A stretch of DNA of 62,988 bases, filler included, from Choristocarpus tenellus KU-1152 (taxonomy: Eukaryota; Protista; Phaeophyceae), in the NCBI GenBank assembly GCA_964200185.2. It is 9 parts of 9 records of this genome, joined end to end, with 100 filler letters (N's around TTAATTAATTAA, not from the genome) between each part and the next. Parts side by side here need not be neighbours in the genome. Positions count along the whole stretch, not along the records: positions 1 to 16,299 come from CAXNAD020000844.1; 8 more parts are not named here. One strand, given 5' to 3'. Below, piece by piece: positions 1 to 12,028 of the stretch. The notes under the pieces are model-generated. The model did no database searches, had not been told where the DNA came from, and saw only the letters and a program-made list of their open reading frames with translations. Positions within the stretch are counted from its first letter, which is position 1. Every line of letters starts with the position of its first letter. The position numbers and the translations under genes were made by a program.

Positions 1-50
1 ACAAATGGACAAACAGGGAAAAATTCGTCCCCTCTAAGATAGTTTCACTC
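1..50. mobile_element. MITE family A, terminal fragment cut by the window edge
   Basis: aaatggacaaacaggg...ccctctaagatagtttcactc matches the end of the full copies. Confidence 0.85.
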
Positions 51-537
51 CGAGACGGTAGGGCACAACATTTGAACAGTAACCATTTCGTCAATCATGA
101 GATTAAGCCCATTAACCCCACATTTCCAACCCAGCATTACCAAACCTCAACCTTATACAGCACTGCCCTATCATTCTCATCACGGACACCCTACACACCT
201 TTCCCTCCAAAAGATATGCACACACATGAGGAGCTGCATGAAAGGTTGAGGTGAATGAGTGAGATGATAGGATGGACGACATTCACACAGACAGTGTACC
301 CTCATTCTGTCGCACTGAGTATAATGGATGTGCTTGACCTGAAACCTCCCCTTTCCCCATGGAATGCAATTATTATTGATACATCTTACCAGAATTGAAC
401 ACCTCACTTGAGAAAAAGTCTTGGGGATACACGACCAACACAGCATCGTGAGTGGTAAAGTCCAGGCCCCATCTCTGGTGTTTTAACTCTTTGAAACCTG
501 TGTGTACGAATGTTTAACTTTTCGTTTTGTGTAACAG

Positions 538-659
538 GTTCAGGATGAACAGCTCACAGAACTGGACGAAAAGCTGCATCTGGTGGAGAAACTAAGGGAA
601 GAGAATGCTGAGAAAGAGGCAAAGATTGCAGAGACAATCCGCAGGCAGCAGCATCAACG
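538..659 (+). CDS. Probable internal exon of an unidentified coiled-coil protein (VQDEQLTELDEKLHLVEKLREENAEKEAKIAETIRRQQHQR)
   Basis: Pyrimidine-rich tract with aacag| acceptor, an open E/K/L/Q-rich frame, and a cg|gtgtgc donor. Partner exons were not identified. Confidence 0.5.
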
Positions 660-775
660 GTGTGCTAGAGGGAGGAGGTGTTGGTAGTGTGGTATGGAGT
701 AGTGCGGCGTGGATTAGTGTATACTACATAGCACGCATACCCTCCTTTCATCTTCTCTCTCGAATAGGCAACTGT

Positions 776-1035
776 GAGTGAAAGTATCATAGAGGGTACA
801 AGTTTTGCCCTGTTTGTCCATTTGGGGCTTGGCTTCCCTCGGGGTTTTTATGGCATTTTCCTACTCCATAATATTTCGGAGTATGTAACATGTGTATGCT
901 AATGAAAAAGTGTGTTTGAAACTAGGATATTGTCACTTCCTAACGAAACACGATAGGAAAAATTACATCAAAATCGCAACACTGGATATTGAGCCTCAAA
1001 TGGACGCGGCTCTACCCTCTAAGATAGTTTGGCTC
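776..1035. mobile_element. MITE family A, full copy (260 bp), TSD TGT
   Basis: TIRs GAGTGAAAGTATCATAGAGGGTA ... TACCCTCTAAGATAGTTTGGCTC, with tgt on both flanks. Confidence 0.9.
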
Positions 1036-1139
1036 TGTGAGTTTGCATTGAAGAACTCTGTGTTCATACACTTATCTTTATTCCATCCTTGGGAAGTGGA
1101 TGAGGGGTGGACTTGTCCTGCTTCCTTCCATGAGGCTTA

Positions 1140-2280
1140 AGGTTACTAAAAGGGTCTAATCCTCTGACAGGGGTCCATTACTTGATGCCCTCTTTGGGCA
1201 TACTTGGTGGCAGTTGTCCTTATCATTTCTCCGACATATACCAGGCGGAACGCGTTTACCACCAGGTCCCCAGAAATTCCTGAGTTGGATGGACTTACTC
1301 TCTACAATTTGTAGCGGCAAGGTTGATTTGCAGCAGCGTCATATGGGAAAATCGACTAGTCTATATTGCTCTGATGGTCAGATCAACTGTTTGAATAGCC
1401 AAGGGCAATCACCAGTTCTCTGAAAGATTAATCGTAAGTAGTCTTTCCATAACCAACCTCTCCTCTTTCGCTACTGCCTTGTCCTCAACACCAGTGCACT
1501 CAACATACAACGCTCAGCCTCACACACACAAGGAGATGCCGAGGAGTTCACGTTTGGTGAAAGAGGCTGAAGGCTGTCTGTGGACCTGCCAGCTCCTCTC
1601 GCTTTGTTCACCATCATGGTGTTCATTTCAAGTACACATGCGTAGTATAAATGTGCTAGTGCTGGGGCGTCACCGTTAGAGAGATTAACCAGCAAAGGGG
1701 GGGCATGCCATCCAAGAAGTTGAGTCAGCATTGGATAACCACTCAGGGGTTGTTCATATCGCTTACTACTTAAACGTCCTTGAATACCTCGATAAGTTTG
1801 TCCAGCAGCGGGAAGTTTAAGGCCTCCGTGAACATGGGTGTTCCACACGAAGGTTGCTACAGGGTGACATGATCAGCGAATCACTTGAGGGGTTGGATGT
1901 CCACGGTCTGTGGCTTGTAGGAGAGGGGATCATAGCGCCTTGAGGTGTGACTGTGACTATGCCTTCCAAGTATAAGTGTATGTGTGTGCTTGAGCAAAAT
2001 TACTGATTTGTTGTTGCGAGAGATGATGGGGGCAGAAATAAAATGAAGGAGGTACTCTCAAAGTAAGTTCTAGATACCGCTGTGATATGGTCTCATTGTT
2101 GTACTGGTTGATTCGGGAGTGTGAGGAAATTTAGGTGGAATGGATCTCTTTGAAGCAAGAGGCTTGTGCCGCTATGTACTTCATTCACCTTTGGTCCCAC
2201 CACCAGAAGCAGCAGTAATATGCGTGTCTGTCTGGAAACCAATGCCCCGTAATACAGATTGTGGTGTTTGAGGTGCATTA
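1140..2280 (-). mobile_element. Possible decayed Penelope-like or GIY-YIG-bearing element
   Basis: A stop-riddled minus frame ends in LVVNAFRLVYVGEMIRTTAT (about 1200-1270), which resembles a GIY-YIG 'YVGET.R' motif. Recognised by eye only. Confidence 0.3.
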
Positions 2281-4498
2281 TAGGGTGGCTATCAATAATA
2301 GTACCAGAGGAGATAGGTTACCAAGGAACGTTTTTTCACATTGTAGACACAATAATAATATTAAAAATAGGGCACATGAACTTGCAGATTCCAGGGACTA
2401 CATTTTGAATGAATCCCACTCATGAAGGTAGCCATTTATGAAGATGTGTTTGTTTCAGCAGTGAGTATGATTTTATGTCACCGTTAACTCGAAGTTAGCA
2501 GATGAGGGAGACTCAAACAACCAGTTACAACTTATTCCTAAGCAAGTACCCAAAGAGACTTTGTAGAAAAGTTTAACGCATGGAAGGCGTTGACATGCAT
2601 GCACAACCTCTTCATGTCAACCGAGAAAAAATAAAAGGAGAGGAAGAAGAAGCACAAGGACGCCAATCATGACATGGAGGATACACCACGATTGAGAAAC
2701 AGTTAATATATCTCTTCAAGAATCAAGATTTATCAGAAGGAAGGTGCAGGTTGGGTTTGGAACCACGTCCACAACATATGCAACCACTACCCACTACAAC
2801 CCTTAAAAAGTGTAGCTAGTTGTAATCGCGCACATTATCTATTTTTTTAATACAAGTAACCCACACCATGTCCCTTGTTCTAACTGTTTGACCCAACCTG
2901 TACTATTTATCACAATATCATTTCAACTGTTCAGTGTCATTTTCCTACCCTTCCTTGATCAGCAGCACCTACCTGGTGGAGTCGACTTAGAAGGTTGCCA
3001 ATAGGGACCGCCTACCTAGGGCAAAGGAGCAACACACAACTCACAACAAAAACGAATTCTTGATTGTTAAAACACACAGCCCTAAATACTCCGGAGTATG
3101 TGGTCAGCCCCTCCCTACACCGATGGAAAACTAGAATATTGGTGGACCAGGAATTGTGTACCCCCAGAAGAAAATGTCAGCAAGGGGGAAGGACAAATTA
3201 TCAAATGAAAAAGGACACATAATAGCTCCACCCAATGCACCGCACCTGCTGGTCTGGCCTTCTTCTCTTCACTTCTTGTCTGTCCAGTCAAGTAGGAACA
3301 GCATCTATTTCTGCATTCTTCATTACTTACTATTGCCGAGGAGTATAACATGTTTATCAGCTGTGAGCAAATACAATACGCCAGAGTATTATCTTTTTCT
3401 ACTTCCTACCTCCCACTACTGTGGCTACCTCGCCTGTGGTTGAAGTAATAATTGGTAAAAGAGTTACCGGGCAGCTTGAGGTTGCCTACCTACTGTAGTG
3501 TGGTCGGGTTTTCCTGTGACTCCTGCCCTTCCAGACTTGCACTTTGATCCCATCTCCTTCTGATGAAGTGTGCGTTTTATTTTCGGGGATTTCACCTTTA
3601 ACTACAGTATTGTGAACTCCAGAGTGTTTGGAAGGTGTTGAATGTAAGCAATACAGACTCTGTTGTGGTGTTTCCTGTGTTTTCTTGTGTATTTCTTTTC
3701 CCCTGATGATCGCATCTGTCTGCAAAATATCGATGGGTACGACATAATGTCGTCGTAGTACTACCACTTGTACCGAAGTTTTCACTTTCAAACTATCTTA
3801 ACCCCTCACTCTATACACTCGTTGCCAACAATACTTCAACAAGGTGCTGCCTCATCAACGATGCGCATCATCATGGTTCATCTCGGGCTCCTGGAGACAG
3901 AACAGGCTGACAAGGAGACATACATCTTTTTATTTTGCCCTTCTCTTGGTGTTAAACTACCACTGTTACCAAAGGACCGCGTACGAGAGGGCCACTCCAG
4001 AGGGAGGTCTATTTAAGCCCTCTTAGAGTATATTGAACTTTTCCATTTTTCTCCCTGACACCCCATTCTCATAATCAGCCCACCTCTGTACGGAGGTTGT
4101 ACCTGTAGAATAGACATTTTCCCACACAACTAAGTGAAATCGCCCTTAAAATTGCTAGAAGCACATGTAGTAGATAGAAAGGAGGCACATAGGCCCTGTA
4201 CTACCCATCGTCATCAAGCGGTAACTCTAACAGTGCTGTTTTGGAGGGGTTGGGGGCTTACACTACACAGACTATTTTTGTGAACGATTTGTGAGAGACT
4301 ACTACTACACCAAGGGAGTTCGTCTCAATGTCACACACCTAATTTATCAACCGATTTTCCCTCAAAATCCTCATACATGTACCAAAGATTTTTTGTTCTG
4401 ACAGTGTATTATTGGTATTATTATACTTGGTGTGTTGTAGCCCGGGAGATTTCGTTGGGACGAGGGAGGACCTTCTTGCGCCCTTCCTGCGATACAAA

Positions 4499-5274
4499 AT
4501 GGTCTTCCTCTGCAACCATTGCTGTAGGTGGGAACGGGAAAAGGTGTTAATAGCTTTGCCTGGTTATTGATTAGTTTTATGAAGGAGGCGCCTAGACACT
4601 TCCCTAACGCACCCTAAACACCCTTTGTCAGCGTTGCTTCAGGAATTCTAGCATGCCTGGCGTCTGTATTTGGCAAGGTCGCGTTCGACTCGCAGACATC
4701 CTTCCACAGCGTTGCTCTCCGCTATTGTGGTCTTTATCTTCCTGAAACAGTGTGCGGTTTGGTGAGTATTTGGTGATGGTCCCAAATTGATACCACAATC
4801 TGAAACAAGTCACTGACGCAGACTCTAGGGACTCAAGACTTCTTTCATTGAACTCACCACAGGTGGGCTATGGAGTGCAAGCCGGCTCACTGGTACTCAT
4901 GCTTATTTTGAACGCTGTAATGCTGTCCACATTCTTGAGAGCATTGAAACAATCTGGTTCCACTGCAGCTACTGCTCTAAATTGCGCGACTAACTTCTTG
5001 CTATCGGTGAGCTAAACAGCAGTGCCACCTTGAAGTGTGACACTAGATCATTGTTGTACTTGGACATCAACAATCGCATACACGAGTACCTTGGCAATTT
5101 GCATGAATATTGAAATCGCGCTTCCCTGTCGTTGAATCTTTGCAGGGAGTCTGTGGAGCTATACTCTTTGGGGAACAGCTGCCACTGGGATGGTGGGGTG
5201 GAGCAACGTGTATCATTGTAGGCGTGGCACTCATCGCAAGCAGCGAAACTGATGATCGCATAAAAGAGGCCTGA
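4499..5274 (+). CDS. TMEM42: TMEM42-like small multi-pass membrane protein (~143 aa). Exons 4499-4527 (uncertain), 4632-4761, 4863-5006, 5146-5274
   Basis: Phase-consistent GT-AG exons give VASGILACLASVFGKVAF...LMLILNAVMLSTFLRALKQSGSTAATALNCATNFLLS-GVCGAILFGEQLPLGWWGGATCIIVGVALIA...*. This matches the remembered TMEM42 pattern (A..N...NF..S, LFGE..WW.G). The first exon and start codon are tentative. Confidence 0.8.
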
Positions 5275-5649
5275 TGAAGTCACAGTCCAACATGGTACAT
5301 AATGACTTTTTTAATGTCAAAGTGAGACCCTGAAGTGAGGATACTCCTCACATGATGTTCGGTTCGCTTATGTAAACGTAAATGAATGAACTTTCCTATA
5401 CTCGGTCCTGCCTTGCTTATTCTGCAATGCACTGGCAAGGACATCGAGGCTTCACCCAAACAAATGCAGATGCAAGACCTACGTGCTTCTTCCATACAAA
5501 GAAAGTGCTACTATGCCTCTACGCATAATGTCGTTCTGCCCTTCCCCCTGCCTACCCCTCCTAACTAAATGTTGCCCAGTTGACCCATAGTTCCTGTGTT
5601 CCTCATGCTGAATGTGTGTTTGCTGGGATCCCATGTCCTTCAGAAGTCT

Positions 5650-8600
5650 TCAATGGAGTGGAACAGCAGAGACAGTACGCATAAGCAGATTGTTTTCAAG
5701 CAGACCCTGCAAAGTTCGGAAACCCCACTGTACAAGATTTCCGTAGGCCCAGGAGTTTTCATCCGCTGGCTTGGCCAAATACTGAAGTGCCTTCAATTGC
5801 TTGGGGTTGAGGTCTGGAAAAGCCTCACCGATAGCTGCATCCAGATCTCCTTTGGACAACACCCCACTGTTCTGCTCATCCTTCCCACTAAGCGATGTCG
5901 TGAGCTTGTCCTATTGAGGGCATTAGACCAGTTTGTTTTCAAGAGAGAAAAGGGGAAATTAAGTCATACTGGGAAGCTTGGCATGAGATCACACTTGGTT
6001 GCAGAGTTTTGTAGGGGGTGCTAAGAGGAGAGGAGAAATGCAGAGATACTGGGCTTACATTGAATTCTTGCTCTGCTAGACCAGCTACCCTGCTGAAATC
6101 TTCTTTCTTGTAGGCGCTCTTGTAGAAATCTGTGGTGGCACAGTCCATGGATGCTTTCTGTCCCTTGTGCAGGGTCCTGAGTGCAGTGATTACACCAGCG
6201 GCAGTTTCGGCGACATCTTGCACATTCACGAATCCGTCAGCTGTCATGTGGACCTCACACATTATTGCATGTACTTGCACAAACCTGAGGCCAAGATCGG
6301 CTCTGTTCAGACACTCTGAGGCGGCCATGTGAGTGAGGCGTTCAGAAGTGCCCTGTGATGCTGTGTTGAGAAGGGTGGTGATGTGCTTGATCAGAGCTTT
6401 CTCTTCTTGTGGTACCTCTTGGATCTGTTGAGATGGATTGCGCAGACCACAATAATGGAGTGAGATATGTCCAACATTGACCTGGGCTGCCACATTGTAT
6501 CTGTGCTGAGGCAATTCCAGCAGCATGGTGCCTGGCACAGCTTCTATCCTTTTATACTACAGATGTGATTTTAGGAAAGATGTGTGTGCATATTTTGTTG
6601 CCTGAACAACGACTGAAGGCCTTCTGGTGCATCCAAACGCCAAACCTTTTCACTGAGGACCTCAATCATCATGGATATGCAGATGGGCATAAAGTCTTGG
6701 TAATCGATCACTCCGTTTGAGTTCTTGTCAATGAGGGCTGTTGGAGAGGTACAGGGATGCATTGTGAGTGGTGCCAGCAAGGGTGGGGGGAAAGTAGAAT
6801 AAGTTTGAGTAAGGGCTAGTGAGCAAAGATATGGTGGCAATTGCTTCATTTGCACACTGTGTTCAATGCACCGCGTTTTTCGCCTTTTCTAAACACCATG
6901 CCAACATTGAGTGTTATGGATAGAGGAGGTAGGGGGCATGTTTGACAGGCAAGACTTCCACCAGTAAAATCACTCCAAGTATCAACTTTAGTTAACAGGA
7001 TGCATTTTCTGTGCAAAACCTCCTACACTGTCAAGCGAGTCATCTGTATTGGTGTAAGCCCTTATGAGTGCCGGCTAGGTGTTTGCTCCTTATCAATGTC
7101 ACCACTGTGCTGTGATCAAACCACTCACTAAGGATAAGGTTATTCTCCTGCCTGGTAAACCCCAACCCAGACTCCTTGATACACCGTATGACTTCACCCC
7201 TGTCAAGGGTCCCGCTTCTGTCACTGTCATGGCTACGGAATATTTGTTGGATGTGATCCTCCAACTCTGCACGAGGGAGTCCCTTCAACAGGTACTCCTT
7301 GGCCTTTGTTGGTGGGGAGCAGTCATTGCCAAACGCAATCAAAACAATTGGGGGGCGTTTTTGATCAGAATCGAGAGGAATAAGGAGCAGAGAGGGGTGT
7401 TGTGAATAGTTACGAGTTCAGTTGACTCAATTACGTGAAGTCATGGTAAACTGACCATACTATCAAGAGGGTTTGGTTGGTGGGTTATTTTGCTATGTTG
7501 AACTCCCTGCCACCTCCAAAGCAACACACCCAAGGGTATTGTGGAGTCTGAGGTATTGGTGGTGATCATCTCGACCACGACTATGATATTGGTTTATCAC
7601 TGGGTGTACTCTCCTTGGGAACTTGTTGCCACCCGCTGTTTCATCCCCAGCAGATAGACCGATGTCATGTTATATACTCCTACTCATAGTCGGTACTCTC
7701 ATCCTTAATGTCTTCAAAGTCCACTATAGTCACGACACTGTTGTGGGGTTGGTGGGAGCATCACAAAGTCTAAGATGGCAAAGTGGTTCAATTTTCAACT
7801 CACGCTAGGCTATAACGAAACACTTCATATAGTTAGGGTACTTTAATATTTCATACTGTTACCACTGTAGTGTGTAAGACTAAGACACATTCAAGGTAGT
7901 TTTGGAAATTATCGACATTTTCTACACCTGTGAAAGGATTTTAAGATTTTTGACTAGAGCTCTGAAAAAGGTTTTGACCTCTTTTTCAGTATCAGCAATT
8001 GACTGACTGTATCCTTTCAGATGGATGACAATGTTCTTGTAGATTGGAAGGTTACAGTGTGCAGAACACAATGAGCAGTAGCTGCAGCAACACATCGCCA
8101 GCATTTGGAGTTGTAGCATCATAATATTCCTTACAGGGCATTCAATGATTGTTTTGCTGTGTTTTCCTGAGCTCAAGAATGATCAGTAAATGGGTTGAAT
8201 CGGTATTGACAATGCAGTGGGCAGTGAGTGATATTTATCCATCTCACGAAGGAAGAATCTTCCCTGGGGTGATAGATAGTGAGTCTGCTCCTTTGGAGTC
8301 TGTTGCAGTGGAAAATGTGGAGTGAAGCTACTGAGAGGTTAGTGCAAGCAAGAGTGTAGTGGGTGCTATGTTATTGATAAGGTATAGAGCGTGGGAGACC
8401 TTACCTCATCCTTAGCACAGACTTCGGAACTTCGTGTTGTCTTAGCACCTGTGTAGTTCTCCTTTGCCATGAGAACCTGAGGTGTCACAGCGCTGTGGGT
8501 TAGTTTTCTCAAGTTGTTTTCTTGCTGACAGATATTTGAGAGTTTGTTGGTCATGATCATTGCTCAATTGGCCCAGGCTAGGGGGTTATGTGGCACTATT

Positions 8601-11509
8601 GTATTGCTACTCTGTAAATAGTGCTTTGAAGCAAGCACTCCTGGAACAAATCTTGAAGTTTCCAACTCTCGCCTGAACAATTTCAGATGCCACTGGAATA
8701 AATTCCCTGTAGTCTATTTTCCCGTCATCGTTGTTGTCTGCCTCGACTAGGACCTTGAGCACATCCTTTTCGCTAAGGTTTAGTTCCTTTCGAAGGAGTT
8801 CAAACACCTTGTCTTAGCCAACCAATGGATGGAAGAAGAGGAGAACGCCAAAGAGACCAAGGCCCGGAAGTTGGTTATGGACACCCTTGCTTCATTTGAA
8901 CATGCCCTCTTCTTCTGTGCCTGCTCAGAAATTGTTAACGGTTATCTCTTGGACTGTTTTTTTTTTTGGTGCTAAGGGATTGATTGTAGACAACTAGAAT
9001 CGGCGATATGGAATGATATTTCTTCTACTAGCATTATTGGTGTGATTTGTAGAGGATTGAAGCACTTCAAGTTTGCACATCTACCAGTGCCAACATTAAG
9101 TATACTCATGGGGATTTCAGGTTGGAAGGTATTTGTCGACCCAGATTGATATGTGTAGGACATTCTGTTATTGCATTTTCTTTGAAAGTACTATGTCCCC
9201 TACTTCCCCATTTTTTTTTTACTATTTTTTTGATATTGATTCTATTATCGGTAACTTTGAAAGTGTTTTACATAAGCGAACCAGAGGAGAATAATAGTAC
9301 TAATATAGCCTTCTTTTGCCCCTGCCTTATTAGATATTTTTGAACAATGAGTGAACGGACGAATTTGGGGCCTACGTAGAGAGCTCCAAGGCATTTACAA
9401 CCTAAGTCCCTCCCTCAACAATGTCGAAACATTCCAATTTCTGTTGAGTTTGTCATGACTCAAAAATGGCAGCCAAGGATATATTAATAATTGTGATTGA
9501 CGCCCCCATTCTGAGCTTCATCTACTTCCTTTTGAGATAAAAAACAATACGATCAACGCGTTCGAAAATAAAGATAAAGACCAGACGGCCAAAAGCTGTG
9601 TAAGAGACATGCTACATTTGTATCTCATGTTCTCAAAGAGAAGCACTCAAAGAGTGTAATGACCCTCCTACTGAGAAGCACAACCAGAGGGAGGAAGCAC
9701 AGGCATCAACGCGCATTGAGAGTACTAAATAATTTCGTAAGTCATTATGTCGCTTGCCCGGAATGAGATCCCTCTCAGTGTCCTTACCCGACACTCAGAT
9801 CGATGAGATCAAGAGAAAGGTAGGTTGCATGTGATTGTGTTTGAGTGTGGGAGATCTCTAATCAAATATTGTGAAGCTGGTATGGGATCACGGCACTCTT
9901 TCTACATGAGTGATAATCGTTCGTTTTGAAGGACATTTCGGAAGGGCGCACACAACACATTCTCAACATCAATAGTTAGCCAAACAGATTTTGAGTTCCT
10001 TGGCGAGGTTTAGTTTGAAACACGATCAAGAAGTGCAATTTCATGGTACTCACAAATACATCTAGAAATAGAAAGAATAGCATGTTGTTGTGTTCAGAAT
10101 CACTATATCACTCTAGGGTACTACTGTGCACTAGTCAGTAACTTTACAGACTAAGGTTACGAGCCTTATGACTGTAAAAAGAGTAAATGAAGGAAATATG
10201 GTGCCTACTGAGCCAAAGTATCTTAAAGGGTAGAGCTACATCTATCTGGGGATTCAAAGTATCTGGGAGGGGGTGGCGGCTGTCCATTTGGGGCCATTTT
10301 TTTTATCTTGGGGATTTTTTGGTGATTTGGTTGCGCACGTTGGATGGATAATGTAAGTGTACTTTTCCTGGTTATGACCGAAATGGACACCCTGGTGCAG
10401 ACCCCCTCCCCCCCCAGATACTTTGGGTCTTGGGGCCAAAATCCAATGTTGCGATTTTGATAAAATTTTGGCTATTGTTTTTGTTGGAAGTGTCAGTATC
10501 CATGTTCCAGACACAACTTTTCATAACATACGCACTTTACCTACTACTAAACAATTTGTACTAGGAAAATGTCATAAAAGAACCCAATGAAATCCAAGCC
10601 CCAAATGGACAAACAGAGCAAAACTCGTACCCTCTAAGATACTTTCACTCACTCTATGATTTGAGTGATTATGTTGCGGTTCCTGCTTACCTGAATAAAC
10701 TCTTTCCTGTCCAGTGTGCCGTTGCCATCAGTGTCCGCCTTTGCAAAGAGAAGCGATATACGGTCAGTAATTCCCTCATTGAACAGAAGCTGCTGTTCGT
10801 CCAATTCGCTGCCCTCACGAATTTCAGTGGTCACCTAAAATAGAATGGACCATATATTTGTGGAAGAGAAAAATGTGGCAGATCAACTGTGGTTCGAGCC
10901 AAGCGAACAAAGGTCCCTTTCCCAGCATCCAGTCTAAGCAGTGTGATGGTACAAAACTTAGGTTTGTTTGTTTTGATCAAACCCTCAAAATTGAATCTAG
11001 TGCATGGCGCCATACATATCCCTAGTAATGAGGTTTCACAGCATTCTACTGTGTCTACCATCAATGAAGACTCGAAAGTGAAGCGCCAGGAGTATTTGCA
11101 ACTCACTTGGTGGATCCTCATTGGCATAAACATACGATCCACAGAAGAAACATACCTCATGAACACCCAGCTGAATTATTCCCATCTCGCTCTCATCGTT
11201 GTTGGGTGGCATATCGAGAAGCACCCCTTCTGTAATTGGCTTCTCAGAGGTCAGCGCATTGAAGTAGTCGTATCCGTATCTGGCGAAGTTAGGGACACAC
11301 AAGTACGCACTTGGAGAACTGAAGAAGTGATGCTGTGCTCTTATCAGTTTAGAAGGAAGATCAGGAGCATGTTTTGCGGAGAGATCACTCTTTCGTCTCA
11401 CTTACTTGTAGATGTCACGAGGTTGATGTTGAATGACTTCCTTGGCGAATTGCCGCAAGAGGTCTGGAAATCCTTGTGGAATCCCGAACGTTTTCGAATA
11501 CGTGCCCAT
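5650..11509 (-). CDS. RIIa dimerization/docking domain plus multi-EF-hand protein (~490 aa), radial spoke protein 7-like. Exons 11509-11406, 11279-11156, 10834-10691, 8807-8673, 8476-8405, 7303-7129, 6737-6646, 6424-6059, 5910-5650
   Basis: All exon phases are compatible. The N-terminus MGTYSKTFGIPQGFPDLLRQFAKEVIQHQPRDIYKYGYDYFNAL fits an RIIa D/D domain. EF loops are DTDGNGTLDRKE, DNNDDGKIDYRE, DSDRSGTLDRGE and DKNSNGVIDYQD, with degenerate ones further C-terminal. Confidence 0.85.
10210..10650. mobile_element. MITE family A (TSD ACT) in an intron, carrying a nested family B copy at 10251-10429
   Basis: act-GAGCCAAAGTATC...GATACTTTCACTC-act. An internal GATTCAAAGTATCTGGG...CCCAGATACTTTGGGTC interrupts the family A sequence. 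Confidence 0.9.
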
Positions 11510-12028
11510 AATAGCGTTTGTTCTGTATCGTTTCCCAGACCACCGTATACTTTCCGCCCTCTTTTGCTCCTCGATCTAACTTTCTCGTGCTGTGTGCAGA
11601 CACAAACTTCCTTCTCGGACGAGAACTTCCTTCTCGGACGAGAACTTTCTGTTGTACCACAACCAATTGTAAGGCAGGGTATCGTAGTCGTAGGAGTCGT
11701 TCGTTTGGGGGGAGGGTGAGCGATAACTACTCACCATGGACTAAACGCTATACACCAAAGTTGGTAAGGGGTAGGGGGACCAACTGAACTGAGAGCACCG
11801 AATTTCGTTATCTAATTGTATTACTAATAATGAAAATATCCGACTAAAAGTATGAAACGGCAACACTTGTGTGCTTAATCAATAGGAATAAATATGTTTT
11901 CGGAGGAATGTTTTTCCCCAATCATCTTTCGTTTGAGTTTTTGAGTTTTTGAGTTTTTATGTTTTCCACTTATGTTTTAACACTCAATTTGTGCCTTGAG
12001 TCCCAATGCAAGGGTGACGAACATCAGG
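11510..12028. promoter_or_regulatory. Short divergent intergenic region (candidate bidirectional promoter) with a 19-bp tandem repeat at 11605-11648
   Basis: Divergent ATGs at 11509(-) and 12029(+). aacttccttctcggacgag occurs twice plus a partial third copy. Confidence 0.5.

Noticed and set aside
214-251. Possible upstream exon DMHTHEELHERL for the 538-659 exon
   Set aside because: The splice phases are incompatible with direct joining.
5245-5290. CTGATGA/GAAA motifs suggesting a hammerhead ribozyme
   Set aside because: No supporting stems, and the motifs overlap the last codons and stop of the TMEM42-like gene.
10889-11719. 276-aa plus-strand ORF
   Set aside because: It is an antisense shadow over exons 1-2 of the RIIa/EF-hand gene and has no recognisable motifs.
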